Of a stretch of 64,000 nt of DNA, positions 51,579 through 61,726 are shown piece after piece; the stretch's first letter is position 1, and each line of letters starts with the position of its first letter. Position numbers and translations under genes: made by a program. Below the pieces are notes generated by a model. That model was not told the DNA's origin. It worked only from the letters and a program-made list of their open reading frames with translations, and made no database searches. Location: the NCBI GenBank assembly GCA_944380415.1, contig CALWHN010000001.1:1201-65200 (forward strand). Reading direction: 5' to 3'. This DNA is from an uncultured Clostridia bacterium. Its GTDB lineage: Bacteria; Bacillota; Clostridia; Christensenellales; UBA1242.

Positions 51579-51607
51579 GATAAACATTAGAATTTAGGAG
51601 AAAAACA

Positions 51608-54600
51608 ATGTTTGAGTTAACAAATTTTGATTCCATTAAAATTGGAATAGCCTCCCCGGAAAAAATTAGAGAATGGTCTCACGGGGAAGTTACAAAACCA
51701 GAAACAATTAACTACCGAACCCAAAAGCCGGAAAAGGACGGCCTTTTCTGCGAGCGAATTTTCGGACCTAGAAAGGACTGGGAATGTCACTGCGGAAAAT
51801 ATAAAAGAATTAGATATAAGGGCGTTGTTTGCGATAAGTGTGGCGTTGAGGTAACAAGTTCTAAGGTTAGAAGAGAAAGAATGGGCCACATTGAGCTTGC
51901 CGCACCTGTTACTCACATTTGGTTTTTCCGCTCTGTTCCATCAAGAATTGGAACACTTTTGGACATTTCTCCAAAACTTTTAGAGCAGGTTGTTTACTAT
52001 GTTAGTTACATTGTTTTAGATCCTAAGGCAACTCATTTTGAGTATAAACAAGTTATTTCAGACAAAGAATATCGCGAAGGGCTTGAAACCTATGGCCCAA
52101 ATTCATTCACTGTTGGAATGGGGGCAGAGGCGGTTAAAAAGCTTCTGTCTGAAGTCGACCTTGAGAAAGAAGAGAAAGAATTAAAACAAATTTTGCAAAC
52201 GGCAAAGGGCCAAAAGAGGCTTAAAGCAATCAAAAAGCTTGAGATTGTTGATGCATTTATCAAGAGCGGAAACAAGCCACAATGGATGGTTATGGACGTA
52301 ATTCCAGTTCTTCCTCCAGAACTTAGGCCAATGGTTCAACTTGACGGTGGAAGATTTGCAACAAGCGATTTAAACGACCTTTATAGAAGAGTTATCAACA
52401 GAAATAACCGTCTTAAAAAACTTTTGGAACTTGGCGCTCCGGAAGTTATTGTTAGAAACGAAAAGCGTATGCTTCAAGAGGCGGTTGACGCTTTAATTGA
52501 AAATGGAAAGCGCGGAAAGGCAATTCAAGGCGCAAAATCAAGAGATTTGAAGTCTTTAACCGCAATGTTAACAGGAAAACAGGGCCGTTTCAGACAGAAT
52601 TTGCTTGGAAAGCGTGTTGACTATTCCGGCCGTTCTGTTATCGTTGTTGGACCAGAACTTAAAATGTATCAATGCGGCCTTCCAAAGGAGATGGCGCTTG
52701 AACTTTTCAAACCGTTCATTATAAAAAGGCTTGTTGAATTAAATCAATCAAACAACATCAAAAGTGCAAAAAGGCTTATTGAAAGAGAAAAACCAATTGT
52801 TTGGGACGTTTTAGACGAGGTTATCAAAGACCACCCAGTTTTGTTAAACCGTGCTCCAACGCTTCACAGGCTTGGAATTCAAGCTTTTGAACCTGTTTTG
52901 GTTGAGGGAAGGGCAATTAAGCTTCACCCGTCAGTTTGTTCTGGCTTTAACGCGGACTTTGACGGAGACCAAATGCCGGTTCACGTTCCTCTTTCAATTG
53001 ATGCAAGAACAGAAGCAAGAACTCTCATGCTTGCATGCAACAACATTTTAAAACTTTCAGACGGAAAACCAATTTGTAGCCCCGCTCAGGACATTGTTCT
53101 TGGCTGTTACTATTTAACGGTTATAAGGCCGGGCGCTAAAGGTGAAAACAACGTCTATGCTTCTTGCAACGAGGCAGTTATGGCCCATCAAACTGGAAAT
53201 TTGGACATTCAAGCTCAAATTCAAGTTAGAAGAAGCACAACAGTTGACGGAATTAAATATACAGACAGAATTACAACTTCTGTTGGAAGAATTATTTTCA
53301 ACTGGGCAATTCCACAAAACTTGGGTTGGGTTGACAGAACAAAGCGCGAAAATTACAATGCGCTTGAAATCAACCAAGTTGTTAAAAAGGGAGAACTTAG
53401 CAAAATTGTTGACATGGCGTTTAACAATCTTGGAACAACAGAAACTTCCAAAATGCTTGATAAAATCAAGGCAACAGGCTTCAAGTATTCAACACTTGGC
53501 TGCATGACAATCAACGTTTATGACATGCAAGTTCCAAATCAAAAAGACGAAATAATTGAAGAAGCAAACAAAAAGGTTTTGGAAAACGATAAATTCCTTG
53601 CAAGAGGATTGATCACAGAAGAAGAAAAAGTTAATGCAAACATTTCAATTTGGAATGATGCGACAAAGAAAGTTCAAGATGCTCTCATTGCACAGCTTAG
53701 CGACTTCAACCCAATCAAGATGATGGCCGTTTCTGGCGCCCGTGGTTCAAACGTTCAAGTTAACAGTATCTGCGGAATGAGAGGTATTATGGCTGGTGCT
53801 TCTGGTCAAAAGGTTGACGTTCCAATTCGTTCCAACCTTCGTGATGGTCTTACACCTCTTGAATATTTCCTTTCATCTCGTGGTGGACGTAAAGGTTTGA
53901 CGGATACGGCTCTTAAAACAGCAGACTCTGGTTATTTGACCAGAAGATTGGTTGACATTTCTCACAACGTTGTCATAACAGAGGACGACTGCTTCGAAAG
54001 CCTTGGCGAAAAGGTTAAGGGAATGAAGGTTACTCCAATCATTTCAGACGGAGTTGTAATTGAGCCAATTGAAGACAGAATTGCTGGAAGATTCACGGTT
54101 GACCCGGTTGTAAATCCAGTAACGGGCGAAGTTATTGTTCCTGCAAACACAATGATAACCGAAGATAAAGCGAAGGAAATTGCCGCTGCGGGAATCAATG
54201 AAGTTACAATTAGAACACTTTTAACCTGCAAGAGCAAACATGGCGTTTGTGCAAAATGTTATGGAAGAAACATGGCAGGTAAGGATAAAGTTAACATTGG
54301 AGAAGCTGTTGGAATTATTGCAGCTCAATCAATTGGTGAACCTGGAACACAGCTAACAATGAACAACAAGCACTTCAGTGGTGCGGTTGTTGCATCGGAT
54401 ATCACAAAAGGTCTCCCACGTGTTGAAGAAATCTTTGAAGCTAGAAAACCAAAGGGCGAGGCTCAAATTAGTGAAATCTCTGGCGTTGTAACAGTTAAGG
54501 AAGAGCCTAAGTCATTCTTGATCAATGTTAGAGGAACAGACAACGAAGCAGACTATGAAATTAAAAAACCTGCATATCTTAAGGTTAAGAGCGGAGATAA

Positions 54601-55120
54601 AATTGAGGCCGGAACACCTCTTATGGAAGGTTCAATCAACCCAACAGATCTTCTTAGAACGAAGGGCTTGAAGGGCGTTCAAGATTATCTTCTTTCAGAA
54701 GTCATTTCAGTTTATCGTTCACAGGAAGTTAAGATTAACGATAAGCACATTGAAGTTATAATTCGTCAAATGCTTAGAAAAGTTAAGATTGAAGATGCTG
54801 GAACAACTTCATTGCTTCCAGGCGAAATTGTTGATGTCCACGACTATGAAGAAGAGAACATGAGGGTTCTTAGCGAGGGTGGAATTCCTGCAACGGCAAA
54901 GAGAATGCTTCTTGGAATTACAAAAGCTTCGCTTTCAACAGAATCCTTCCTCTCAGCGGCTTCCTTCCAAGAAACTTCAAGAGTTTTGACAGATGCTGCG
55001 CTCAAAGGAAAGGTTGACAAACTTCGTGGGCTTAAAGAGAACGTCATAATCGGAAAGCTAATTCCAGCTGGAACGGGTTTGAAGAGATATAGAGGCGTTA
55101 TGCCAGTTGAGGCAGAATAG
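51608..55120 (+). CDS. rpoC: DNA-directed RNA polymerase subunit beta'
   Basis: 1170-aa ORF. Contains the zinc-binding [20 protein letters not shown] and the catalytic [20 protein letters not shown] lies upstream. Confidence 0.95.
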   Translation: MFELTNFDSIKIGIASPEKIREWSHGEVTKPETINYRTQKPEKDGLFCERIFGPRKDWECHCGKYKRIRYKGVVCDKCGVEVTSSKVRRERMGHIELAAPVTHIWFFRSVPSRIGTLLDISPKLLEQVVYYVSYIVLDPKATHFEYKQVISDKEYREGLETYGPNSFTVGMGAEAVKKLLSEVDLEKEEKELKQILQTAKGQKRLKAIKKLEIVDAFIKSGNKPQWMVMDVIPVLPPELRPMVQLDGGRFATSDLNDLYRRVINRNNRLKKLLELGAPEVIVRNEKRMLQEAVDALIENGKRGKAIQGAKSRDLKSLTAMLTGKQGRFRQNLLGKRVDYSGRSVIVVGPELKMYQCGLPKEMALELFKPFIIKRLVELNQSNNIKSAKRLIEREKPIVWDVLDEVIKDHPVLLNRAPTLHRLGIQAFEPVLVEGRAIKLHPSVCSGFNADFDGDQMPVHVPLSIDARTEARTLMLACNNILKLSDGKPICSPAQDIVLGCYYLTVIRPGAKGENNVYASCNEAVMAHQTGNLDIQAQIQVRRSTTVDGIKYTDRITTSVGRIIFNWAIPQNLGWVDRTKRENYNALEINQVVKKGELSKIVDMAFNNLGTTETSKMLDKIKATGFKYSTLGCMTINVYDMQVPNQKDEIIEEANKKVLENDKFLARGLITEEEKVNANISIWNDATKKVQDALIAQLSDFNPIKMMAVSGARGSNVQVNSICGMRGIMAGASGQKVDVPIRSNLRDGLTPLEYFLSSRGGRKGLTDTALKTADSGYLTRRLVDISHNVVITEDDCFESLGEKVKGMKVTPIISDGVVIEPIEDRIAGRFTVDPVVNPVTGEVIVPANTMITEDKAKEIAAAGINEVTIRTLLTCKSKHGVCAKCYGRNMAGKDKVNIGEAVGIIAAQSIGEPGTQLTMNNKHFSGAVVASDITKGLPRVEEIFEARKPKGEAQISEISGVVTVKEEPKSFLINVRGTDNEADYEIKKPAYLKVKSGDKIEAGTPLMEGSINPTDLLRTKGLKGVQDYLLSEVISVYRSQEVKINDKHIEVIIRQMLRKVKIEDAGTTSLLPGEIVDVHDYEEENMRVLSEGGIPATAKRMLLGITKASLSTESFLSAASFQETSRVLTDAALKGKVDKLRGLKENVIIGKLIPAGTGLKRYRGVMPVEAE

Positions 55121-55130
55121 GAAAGAACAA

Positions 55131-55164
55131 ATAAAGAGAATGAAAAATTCTCTTTATTTTTTTT
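55131..55164 (+). terminator. Rho-independent terminator after rpoC
   Basis: A perfect 10-bp stem (ataaagagaa / ttctctttat) with a 7-nt loop is followed by T7. Confidence 0.8.
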
Positions 55165-55181
55165 ACGAAAAAATGTATAAT
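55153..55181 (+). promoter_or_regulatory. Candidate promoter placing the transcription start at or next to the miaB ATG
   Basis: TATAAT sits at 55176-55181 with TG immediately upstream. The -35 is weak (TTTATT at 17-nt spacing). The ATG at 55188 is 6 nt after the -10, and there is no SD. Confidence 0.3.
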
Positions 55182-55187
55182 ATTGTC

Positions 55188-56330
55188 ATGAATTATCACA
55201 TTACAACTTTTGGTTGCCAGATGAATGTTCATGAATCGGAAAAACTTGCCGGAATTTTAGAGAGGCAAGGTTTTTTGCCGTGCGAAAATATTGAAGATGC
55301 GGACATAATTGTTTTTAACACTTGCGCAATCCGCGAAGGCGCCCAGGACAGGGCGGTTGGAAACATTGGCGCACTCAAAGGTTTGAAGAAAAAGTTTCCA
55401 AACAAGATAATTGCCGTTTGCGGTTGCATGACGCAACAGAGCCAAGTTGCAGATAGGCTTCAAAGAACCTTTCCGTTTATAGACATAATTTTTGGAACAA
55501 AAAATTTTGACAAATTTGAAGAATTTATCAAAAAAGTTCAAATTGAAAGAGAAAACAACAAAAAAATTAGAATTTTAGAGATTGAGCAAGAGGATAAAAT
55601 TGTTGAGGACCTTCCAATTGTTCGTTCAAGCGGAAAGAATTTTTGGGTTAACATAATTTATGGCTGCAACAATTTTTGTTCATATTGCATCGTTCCATAT
55701 GTTCGCGGGCGAGAGCGAAGCCGCGAAAGGGAGGCAATTCTTTCAGAAATTGAGGAAATTTTAAAAAATAATCGCGAAAAAATTAAAATAACGCTTCTTG
55801 GGCAAAATGTTAATTCTTATGGGAAGGACAGATATCAAGACTATGGTTTTGCAAATCTTCTGGAGGACATTTGCAAGCTTGAGGGAGATTTTGAGCTTGG
55901 TTTTATGACCTCTCATCCAAAGGATATAACAGACGACGTAATCCATCAAATTGCAACTCAGCCAAAAATTGTTAAAGAGCTTCACCTTCCGGTTCAATCT
56001 GGAAGCAACAAAATTTTAAAGGCGATGAACAGAAAATACACCGTTGAAAGTTATCTTGAAAAAGTTGAAAAACTTAGAGCTCTTGTTCCAAACATAAGGC
56101 TGACGACGGACATAATTGTTGGCTTTCCGGGGGAGACGGAAGAGGATTTTAAACAAACTTGCAACTTAGTTGAAAGGGTTGGCTATTCTGGAATATTCGG
56201 CTTCATGTTCTCGCCAAGGGAGGGAACTGTTGCAGCTAAAATGGAAAATCAAATCCCACTTGAAATAAAAAACAAAAGGGTTAATATTCTTTTGAATTTG
56301 GAGAAGGAAATTCAAAAGAAACTTGCATAA
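55188..56330 (+). CDS. miaB: MiaB-like tRNA methylthiotransferase, apparently lacking the C-terminal TRAM domain
   Basis: I place the start at MNYHITTFGCQMNVHESE (MTTase N-domain). The radical SAM motif is GCNNFCSYCIVPYVRG, and SGSNKILKAMNR and GFPGETEEDF are present. The protein is 380 aa and ends 13 nt before the mutS ATG. The upstream ORF-track extension (55107) overlaps rpoC and its terminator, so I rejected it. Confidence 0.75.
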   Translation: MNYHITTFGCQMNVHESEKLAGILERQGFLPCENIEDADIIVFNTCAIREGAQDRAVGNIGALKGLKKKFPNKIIAVCGCMTQQSQVADRLQRTFPFIDIIFGTKNFDKFEEFIKKVQIERENNKKIRILEIEQEDKIVEDLPIVRSSGKNFWVNIIYGCNNFCSYCIVPYVRGRERSREREAILSEIEEILKNNREKIKITLLGQNVNSYGKDRYQDYGFANLLEDICKLEGDFELGFMTSHPKDITDDVIHQIATQPKIVKELHLPVQSGSNKILKAMNRKYTVESYLEKVEKLRALVPNIRLTTDIIVGFPGETEEDFKQTCNLVERVGYSGIFGFMFSPREGTVAAKMENQIPLEIKNKRVNILLNLEKEIQKKLA

Positions 56331-56343
56331 CAAAGGAGAAACC

Positions 56344-58938
56344 ATGGCTTTAAGCAATATGATGAAACACTGGTTTAGCATTAAAGAAAAATATCCTGAC
56401 TGCATAATTTTTTACAGGTTGGGAGATTTTTATGAAATGTTTTTTGATGACGCAATTGAAGCATCAAAGGTTTTAGATTTGACGCTTACGGGAAGAGATT
56501 GTGGGCTTGAACAGCGCGCGCCAATGTGTGGCGTTCCTTTTCATGCTTGCGAGGGCTACATTGCAAAATTGATTGAGAACGGCTATAAAGTTGCAATTTG
56601 CGAACAGCTTTCCGAGCCAAAACCGGGGAAGGAGCTTGTTGTTAGAGATGTTATTCGAGTTGTCACGCCTGGAATTTTAATGGACGAAAACATGTTGGAT
56701 CGCGACAGAAACAACTACATTGTTGCGCTTTTTATCCCAGAAGAAAGGCCGGTTGGTCTTGCATACTGCGACGCCTCAACAGGCGAGTTTTCAGTTTTAG
56801 AAATTGCAAACGATTCGCAAATGCTTCAGGAACTTGAAGAAGCGCTGACCAGAATTTCTCCCTCTGAAATTTTTTGCAACGAAAGCGCGCTTAAAAAAAT
56901 TGAGGGCCTTTCAATTATCAAAACAAAGTCCGTTGCATACATTGGAAGATATGTTGACGACCAATTTCCAGAAGATGAGCTTGAGGACGGCCTTTTAGCG
57001 CAGTTTGGAGAGGATTGTTTTGTTAAAATGAAGAGAAAATCCAGCGCGGCCTATGCCGCTGGCGCTCTTTTAAGTTATCTTAAAACAACCCAAAAGCGCG
57101 GCCTTGAACACATCAATCAAATTATTCTAGACAGCGAAAGCTCGGTTATGCACCTTGACCTTGCAACCAGACGAAATTTGGAGCTAACAGAAACAATTAG
57201 AGACCACAAAAAGCGCGGCTCATTGCTTTCTGTTTTAGATAACACAACAACCTGCATGGGCGGGCGTCTTTTTAGAAGTTGGCTTTCAAGCCCTCTTCAA
57301 AATGAAGAGGCAATTTCTCAAAGGCTTGATGCAACAGAGGATTTGATTTCCAACATAATTGTTCGCGAGGACATAAAGCGCCTGCTTTCAAAAGTTTCGG
57401 ACATAGAGAGAATTGCCGGGCGAATTGCATATGGAAATTTCAATCCAAAGGACGCTCTTTCACTCAAGACAACTTTAATTCAGCTTCCAGACCTTGGAGA
57501 GCTTTTAACGAAGTTTAAGGCTCCAAAGCTTGTCATGTTCGCTGAGGAATTTGACACGCTTTCCGACCTTAGGAACCTTCTTGAACAAACAATTTCAGAA
57601 GATGCGCCCGCAATGCTGAGAGATGGAAACATAATTAAAGAGGGCTATAATAAAACGCTTGACGACTATCGAAATTCAAAGCAAATGGCAACAACCTGGC
57701 TTTCGGAACTTGAAGCAAAGGAGCGCGAGCTTACTGGAATTAAAAACTTGAGGATTGCATACAACAAAGTCTTTGGCTATTTTATTGAAGTTAACAAATC
57801 TCAAGTTGCAAATGTTCCATATAGGTATATGCGCAAGCAAACTGTTGCCAACAACGAAAGATATATAACGGAAGAGTTAAAGCAAATTGAAGAAAAGGTT
57901 GAGTCTTCAAAGGAAAATGCGCAAAAACTTGAAATTGAAATTTTCAATTCTGTTAGACAAACGCTTTTAGACAACCTCAAGCGAATTCAAAAGGTTGGGA
58001 AGATAATTGCGGAATTAGATTGCCTTTTAAGCTCTGCAATTACTGCCGTTAAAAACAACTACTGCAAGCCAAAGGTTTCAAAGAGGATAAAACACATAAA
58101 AATTGTTGGCGGGCGCCACCCAGTTGTTGAAGCAATCAACAGGTCGGAGCCCTTTGTTCCAAACGACACCTATTTAAATTCAGACACGGACAAGTCCATG
58201 ATAATAACCGGCCCCAACATGGCCGGAAAGAGCACATATATGAGGCAGGTTGCGCTAATTGTTTTAATGGCACACGTCGGCCTCTATGTTCCTGCAAGCT
58301 CCGCAGAAATTTGCATAACGGACAGAATTTTTACAAGAATTGGCGCAAGCGATGATGTTGCATTTGGCCAAAGCACGTTTATGGTTGAAATGGTTGAAGT
58401 TGCAAACATTTTAAACAATGCAACGAACAAAAGCTTGGCGCTTTTAGATGAAATTGGAAGGGGAACATCAACTTTCGACGGTCTCAGCATCGCTTGGGCG
58501 GTTATGGAATATATAAGCGAAAAAATGAACATGAAAACGCTTTTTTCAACCCACTATCACGAACTTACAGAGCTTGAGGGCGTTTTGCCTGGGGTAAAAA
58601 ACTATCGAATAACAGTTAAAGAGTTCAACGATGAAATAATCTTTTTAAGAAAAATAGTTAGAGGCGGAGCAAACAAAAGTTTTGGTGTTGCGGTTGCAAA
58701 GCTTGCAAACCTTCCAAGCGAAGTTATTGCGCGAGCAAAAGAAATTTCGGACAATTTGGAAAAAGCAGACATAAATAGGAAAATTGCCGAAAGCAATTTG
58801 GGCAATAATTCTTTATACAGCGAAAATGTTCAATCCAACTCAAACGTTGTTGGAATTTTAAGGGACATCGATTTGAACAAGCTAACTCCGCTTAGTGCAT
58901 TCGAAATTTTGGCGGATTTAGTTCAAAAAGTTAAATAG
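56344..58938 (+). CDS. mutS: DNA mismatch repair protein MutS
   Basis: Contains MMKHWFSIKEKYPDCIIFYRLGDFYEMFFDDA, the Walker A GPNMAGKSTYMRQ, DEIGRGTSTFDG and STHYHEL. AAGGAGA precedes ATG 56344. Confidence 0.95.
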   Translation: MALSNMMKHWFSIKEKYPDCIIFYRLGDFYEMFFDDAIEASKVLDLTLTGRDCGLEQRAPMCGVPFHACEGYIAKLIENGYKVAICEQLSEPKPGKELVVRDVIRVVTPGILMDENMLDRDRNNYIVALFIPEERPVGLAYCDASTGEFSVLEIANDSQMLQELEEALTRISPSEIFCNESALKKIEGLSIIKTKSVAYIGRYVDDQFPEDELEDGLLAQFGEDCFVKMKRKSSAAYAAGALLSYLKTTQKRGLEHINQIILDSESSVMHLDLATRRNLELTETIRDHKKRGSLLSVLDNTTTCMGGRLFRSWLSSPLQNEEAISQRLDATEDLISNIIVREDIKRLLSKVSDIERIAGRIAYGNFNPKDALSLKTTLIQLPDLGELLTKFKAPKLVMFAEEFDTLSDLRNLLEQTISEDAPAMLRDGNIIKEGYNKTLDDYRNSKQMATTWLSELEAKERELTGIKNLRIAYNKVFGYFIEVNKSQVANVPYRYMRKQTVANNERYITEELKQIEEKVESSKENAQKLEIEIFNSVRQTLLDNLKRIQKVGKIIAELDCLLSSAITAVKNNYCKPKVSKRIKHIKIVGGRHPVVEAINRSEPFVPNDTYLNSDTDKSMIITGPNMAGKSTYMRQVALIVLMAHVGLYVPASSAEICITDRIFTRIGASDDVAFGQSTFMVEMVEVANILNNATNKSLALLDEIGRGTSTFDGLSIAWAVMEYISEKMNMKTLFSTHYHELTELEGVLPGVKNYRITVKEFNDEIIFLRKIVRGGANKSFGVAVAKLANLPSEVIARAKEISDNLEKADINRKIAESNLGNNSLYSENVQSNSNVVGILRDIDLNKLTPLSAFEILADLVQKVK

Positions 58939-58949
58939 GGGAGGATTTT

Positions 58950-60824
58950 ATGGCAATTAATTTGCTTCCAAGTGAAATATACAACAAAATTAGCGCGGGC
59001 GAAGTTGTTGAAAGGCCGGCAAGCGTTGTCAAAGAACTTGTTGAAAACAGTATAGACGGCGGTGCAACGCGAATTTCTGTTGAAGTTTTTGGCGGAGGAA
59101 TTGATAAGATTGTTGTTTCAGACAACGGCTGTGGAATTTCTCCAGATGATTTGGAAAAGGCTTTCATGCCACACGCAACAAGCAAAATTTCAAAGGAAGA
59201 AGACCTTTTCACAATTGCTTCTCTTGGCTTTAGAGGAGAGGCGCTTGCAAGCATTTCTGCGGTTAGCAAAGTTGAAGTTTTTTCAAAAACAGAGGACAAC
59301 GACTTTGGAACCAAGTTAAAGATTGAAGGTGGAAATTTCGGCGAAAAGCACGAAATTGGCTTTGAAAATGGAACGCGAATTGTCGTTTCCAATTTGTTTT
59401 ACAACACACCTGCCAGGTTAAAATTCTTAAAAAAGCCAAAATCTGAGGAGGGCGAAATTACAAATTTGATGGCAAAGATAATAATGGCAAACCCTCAAAT
59501 TTCTTTCAGATATTGCGCGGACGACAAGGTTGTTTACAACACCTTTGGCAACGGTTTGGCAGAAGCAATGTACATCATTTATGGAAAGGAAACCTATGAC
59601 AACCTGCTTGAAGTAAATTACGAGCGCGATGGAATTAGCGTTTTTGGCTATATTGCGCGCCCAACTTTTTGCAAGCCAAACAGAACCTATCAAACAATTT
59701 TTGTAAACGGAAGAGTTGTTTCAAACTACATGATTTCCGCCGCTGTTCAAGACGCGCTTGAGGGTTACATTATGAAGGGGAAATTTCCGCTCTTTGCCCT
59801 CAACCTAACGCTTCCATACGACGGAGTTGATGTAAACGTCCACCCCTCTAAGCAGGAGGTTAAATTTGAATATCCAAACAAGATCTATTCAATTGTTAAC
59901 AACGCAATTTTTAAAGCTGTTGCAAATGCAAATTATATTCAAAGGGCAGAGGAAAAAGAAGAAATAACTCCAGAAAAAAACAATGAAAAAGATCAATTAT
60001 TTAAAATAATTTCAGATACAGACAAAAAAACTTCTGAAATTGAATTTAAAAGTTCAGATAATTTGCTTTCAAAAATATTTTATGAAAAATATTTAAAAAA
60101 TGAAAATTTAGAAAATAATAACACTGAAAATAACGAGAAAAAAGAAAATAAATTCGAAAATTTTCAATTTGAAGAGGTTGAAATAAAATCTGAAGAAAAA
60201 GAAAAGGAAAATTCGGAGGAAATTGTTCAAAACAAAATTGAAGAAGTTTTTGAAAACTATAAATTGATTGGCGTTGCCTTTGAAACGTATATTCTTGTTG
60301 AGAAGGAAAACAACCTTTTAATAATCGACCAACACGCTGCCCACGAGCGCCAACTTTTTGACAAGTTTAAAAGCGAAATTGAGCAAAGCGAAATTCCAAG
60401 CCAACAGCTTTTGGTTCCATATATTCTTTCAACCAATCAGAAGGAAACCGAGTTCTTAGAAGAAAATATCAAGCTTTTGACGGATTTTGGAATTGAAATT
60501 TCTCAATTTGGAGACAACACCTTCAAAGTTTCGGCTGTTCCATCAATTTTGTCAGAAATGAATTTGAAAGTCTTTTTTGACGGCGTTTTAGATGACATTT
60601 CAAACTATTTAAAAAAGCCAATAGATCTTATAAAAAAGAAAATTGCAACAACGGCTTGCCGCGCGGCAGTTAAGGCAGGGGACAAGCTCTCTGAGGGCGA
60701 AATTTCTATTCTGCTTAAAAACTTTAAGGAAAATGGAAACGTTCTTCTTTGCCCACACGGAAGGCCGGTTATTGTTTCTGTTTCAAAAACAGAAATTGAA
60801 AAATGGTTTAAAAGGATTGTTTAA
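58950..60824 (+). CDS. mutL: DNA mismatch repair protein MutL
   Basis: Contains ISAGEVVERPASVVKELVENSIDGGA (GHKL ATPase), GFRGEAL, and the C-terminal endonuclease motif DQHAAHER. GGGGAGG lies upstream. The central linker is K/N/E-rich and AT-rich. Confidence 0.9.
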   Translation: MAINLLPSEIYNKISAGEVVERPASVVKELVENSIDGGATRISVEVFGGGIDKIVVSDNGCGISPDDLEKAFMPHATSKISKEEDLFTIASLGFRGEALASISAVSKVEVFSKTEDNDFGTKLKIEGGNFGEKHEIGFENGTRIVVSNLFYNTPARLKFLKKPKSEEGEITNLMAKIIMANPQISFRYCADDKVVYNTFGNGLAEAMYIIYGKETYDNLLEVNYERDGISVFGYIARPTFCKPNRTYQTIFVNGRVVSNYMISAAVQDALEGYIMKGKFPLFALNLTLPYDGVDVNVHPSKQEVKFEYPNKIYSIVNNAIFKAVANANYIQRAEEKEEITPEKNNEKDQLFKIISDTDKKTSEIEFKSSDNLLSKIFYEKYLKNENLENNNTENNEKKENKFENFQFEEVEIKSEEKEKENSEEIVQNKIEEVFENYKLIGVAFETYILVEKENNLLIIDQHAAHERQLFDKFKSEIEQSEIPSQQLLVPYILSTNQKETEFLEENIKLLTDFGIEISQFGDNTFKVSAVPSILSEMNLKVFFDGVLDDISNYLKKPIDLIKKKIATTACRAAVKAGDKLSEGEISILLKNFKENGNVLLCPHGRPVIVSVSKTEIEKWFKRIV

Positions 60825-60826
60825 TT

Positions 60827-61726
60827 TTGGAAAGGACTGTAATTGCTATTTTGGGGCCAACGGGCTCTGGAAAATCAAAACTTTCAATTTCGCTTGCTAA
60901 AAAAATTGGCGGCGAAATTGTTTCGTGTGACAGCATGCAAATCTATCGAAGAATGGACATTGGAACGGCAAAGATTTCAAAAAATGAAATGGAAAATATT
61001 CCCCACCACATGATTGACATAGTTGAACCAAACGAAGAGTTTAGCGTTGGAGAATATGTAAAACAAGCAAAGAAAATTATTGCTGAAATTTTTGAAAGGA
61101 ACAAAGTTCCAATTGTTGTTGGAGGAACAGGGCTTTATGTTAAGGCTTTAACTCAAAATTATGATTTTGGTAACACAGAAAAAAATTTAGAAATTAGGGA
61201 AAAATATAAAAAAATATTAAAGGAAAAAGGAAATGAATTTTTATTTAATATATTAAATGAAAAAGACCCAGAAATTGCAAAAAAAATTCACGTCAACGAT
61301 ACAAAAAAAATAATTCGCGCGCTTGAAAAAATTGAAAACAAAAAAAATTCGGAAAAAGATTTAGAAATTCAAGATTGGAAATATTTAATTTTTGGTTTAA
61401 ATCTGCCAAGAGAAGAGCTTTATAGGCGAATTAATTTGAGAACGGAAAAAATGTTCGAAGACGGGCTTGAGAATGAAGTTTCAAATTTAATTGAAAGCGG
61501 GGTCAGCCCAAGAGCCCAGAGTATGGAAGGAATTGGATATAAACAAGTTATCTATGCAAAGGAAAACAATTTAACACGCGAGGAGCTAATTGGGCTTGTT
61601 CAACAAAAGACAAGAAATTATGCAAAACGCCAATTGACTTTTATGAGGGGAATTGAAAATCTTATTTGGGTTGACGCCAAAGACGCGGAAAAGAAGATTT
61701 TAGAGGTGTATTATGGAAACAATTGA
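60827..61726 (+). CDS. miaA: tRNA dimethylallyltransferase
   Basis: Contains ILGPTGSGKSKLSISLA and SCDSMQIYRRMDIGTAK. It appears to use a TTG start 2 nt after the mutL stop, so the start codon is uncertain. Confidence 0.85.
   Translation: MERTVIAILGPTGSGKSKLSISLAKKIGGEIVSCDSMQIYRRMDIGTAKISKNEMENIPHHMIDIVEPNEEFSVGEYVKQAKKIIAEIFERNKVPIVVGGTGLYVKALTQNYDFGNTEKNLEIREKYKKILKEKGNEFLFNILNEKDPEIAKKIHVNDTKKIIRALEKIENKKNSEKDLEIQDWKYLIFGLNLPREELYRRINLRTEKMFEDGLENEVSNLIESGVSPRAQSMEGIGYKQVIYAKENNLTREELIGLVQQKTRNYAKRQLTFMRGIENLIWVDAKDAEKKILEVYYGNN

Noticed and set aside
55107-55187. An upstream extension of the miaB ORF ([27 protein letters not shown]...).
   Set aside because: It overlaps the end of rpoC and runs through the strong rpoC terminator hairpin. 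The conserved MiaB N-terminus begins at MNYHITTFGCQMN.
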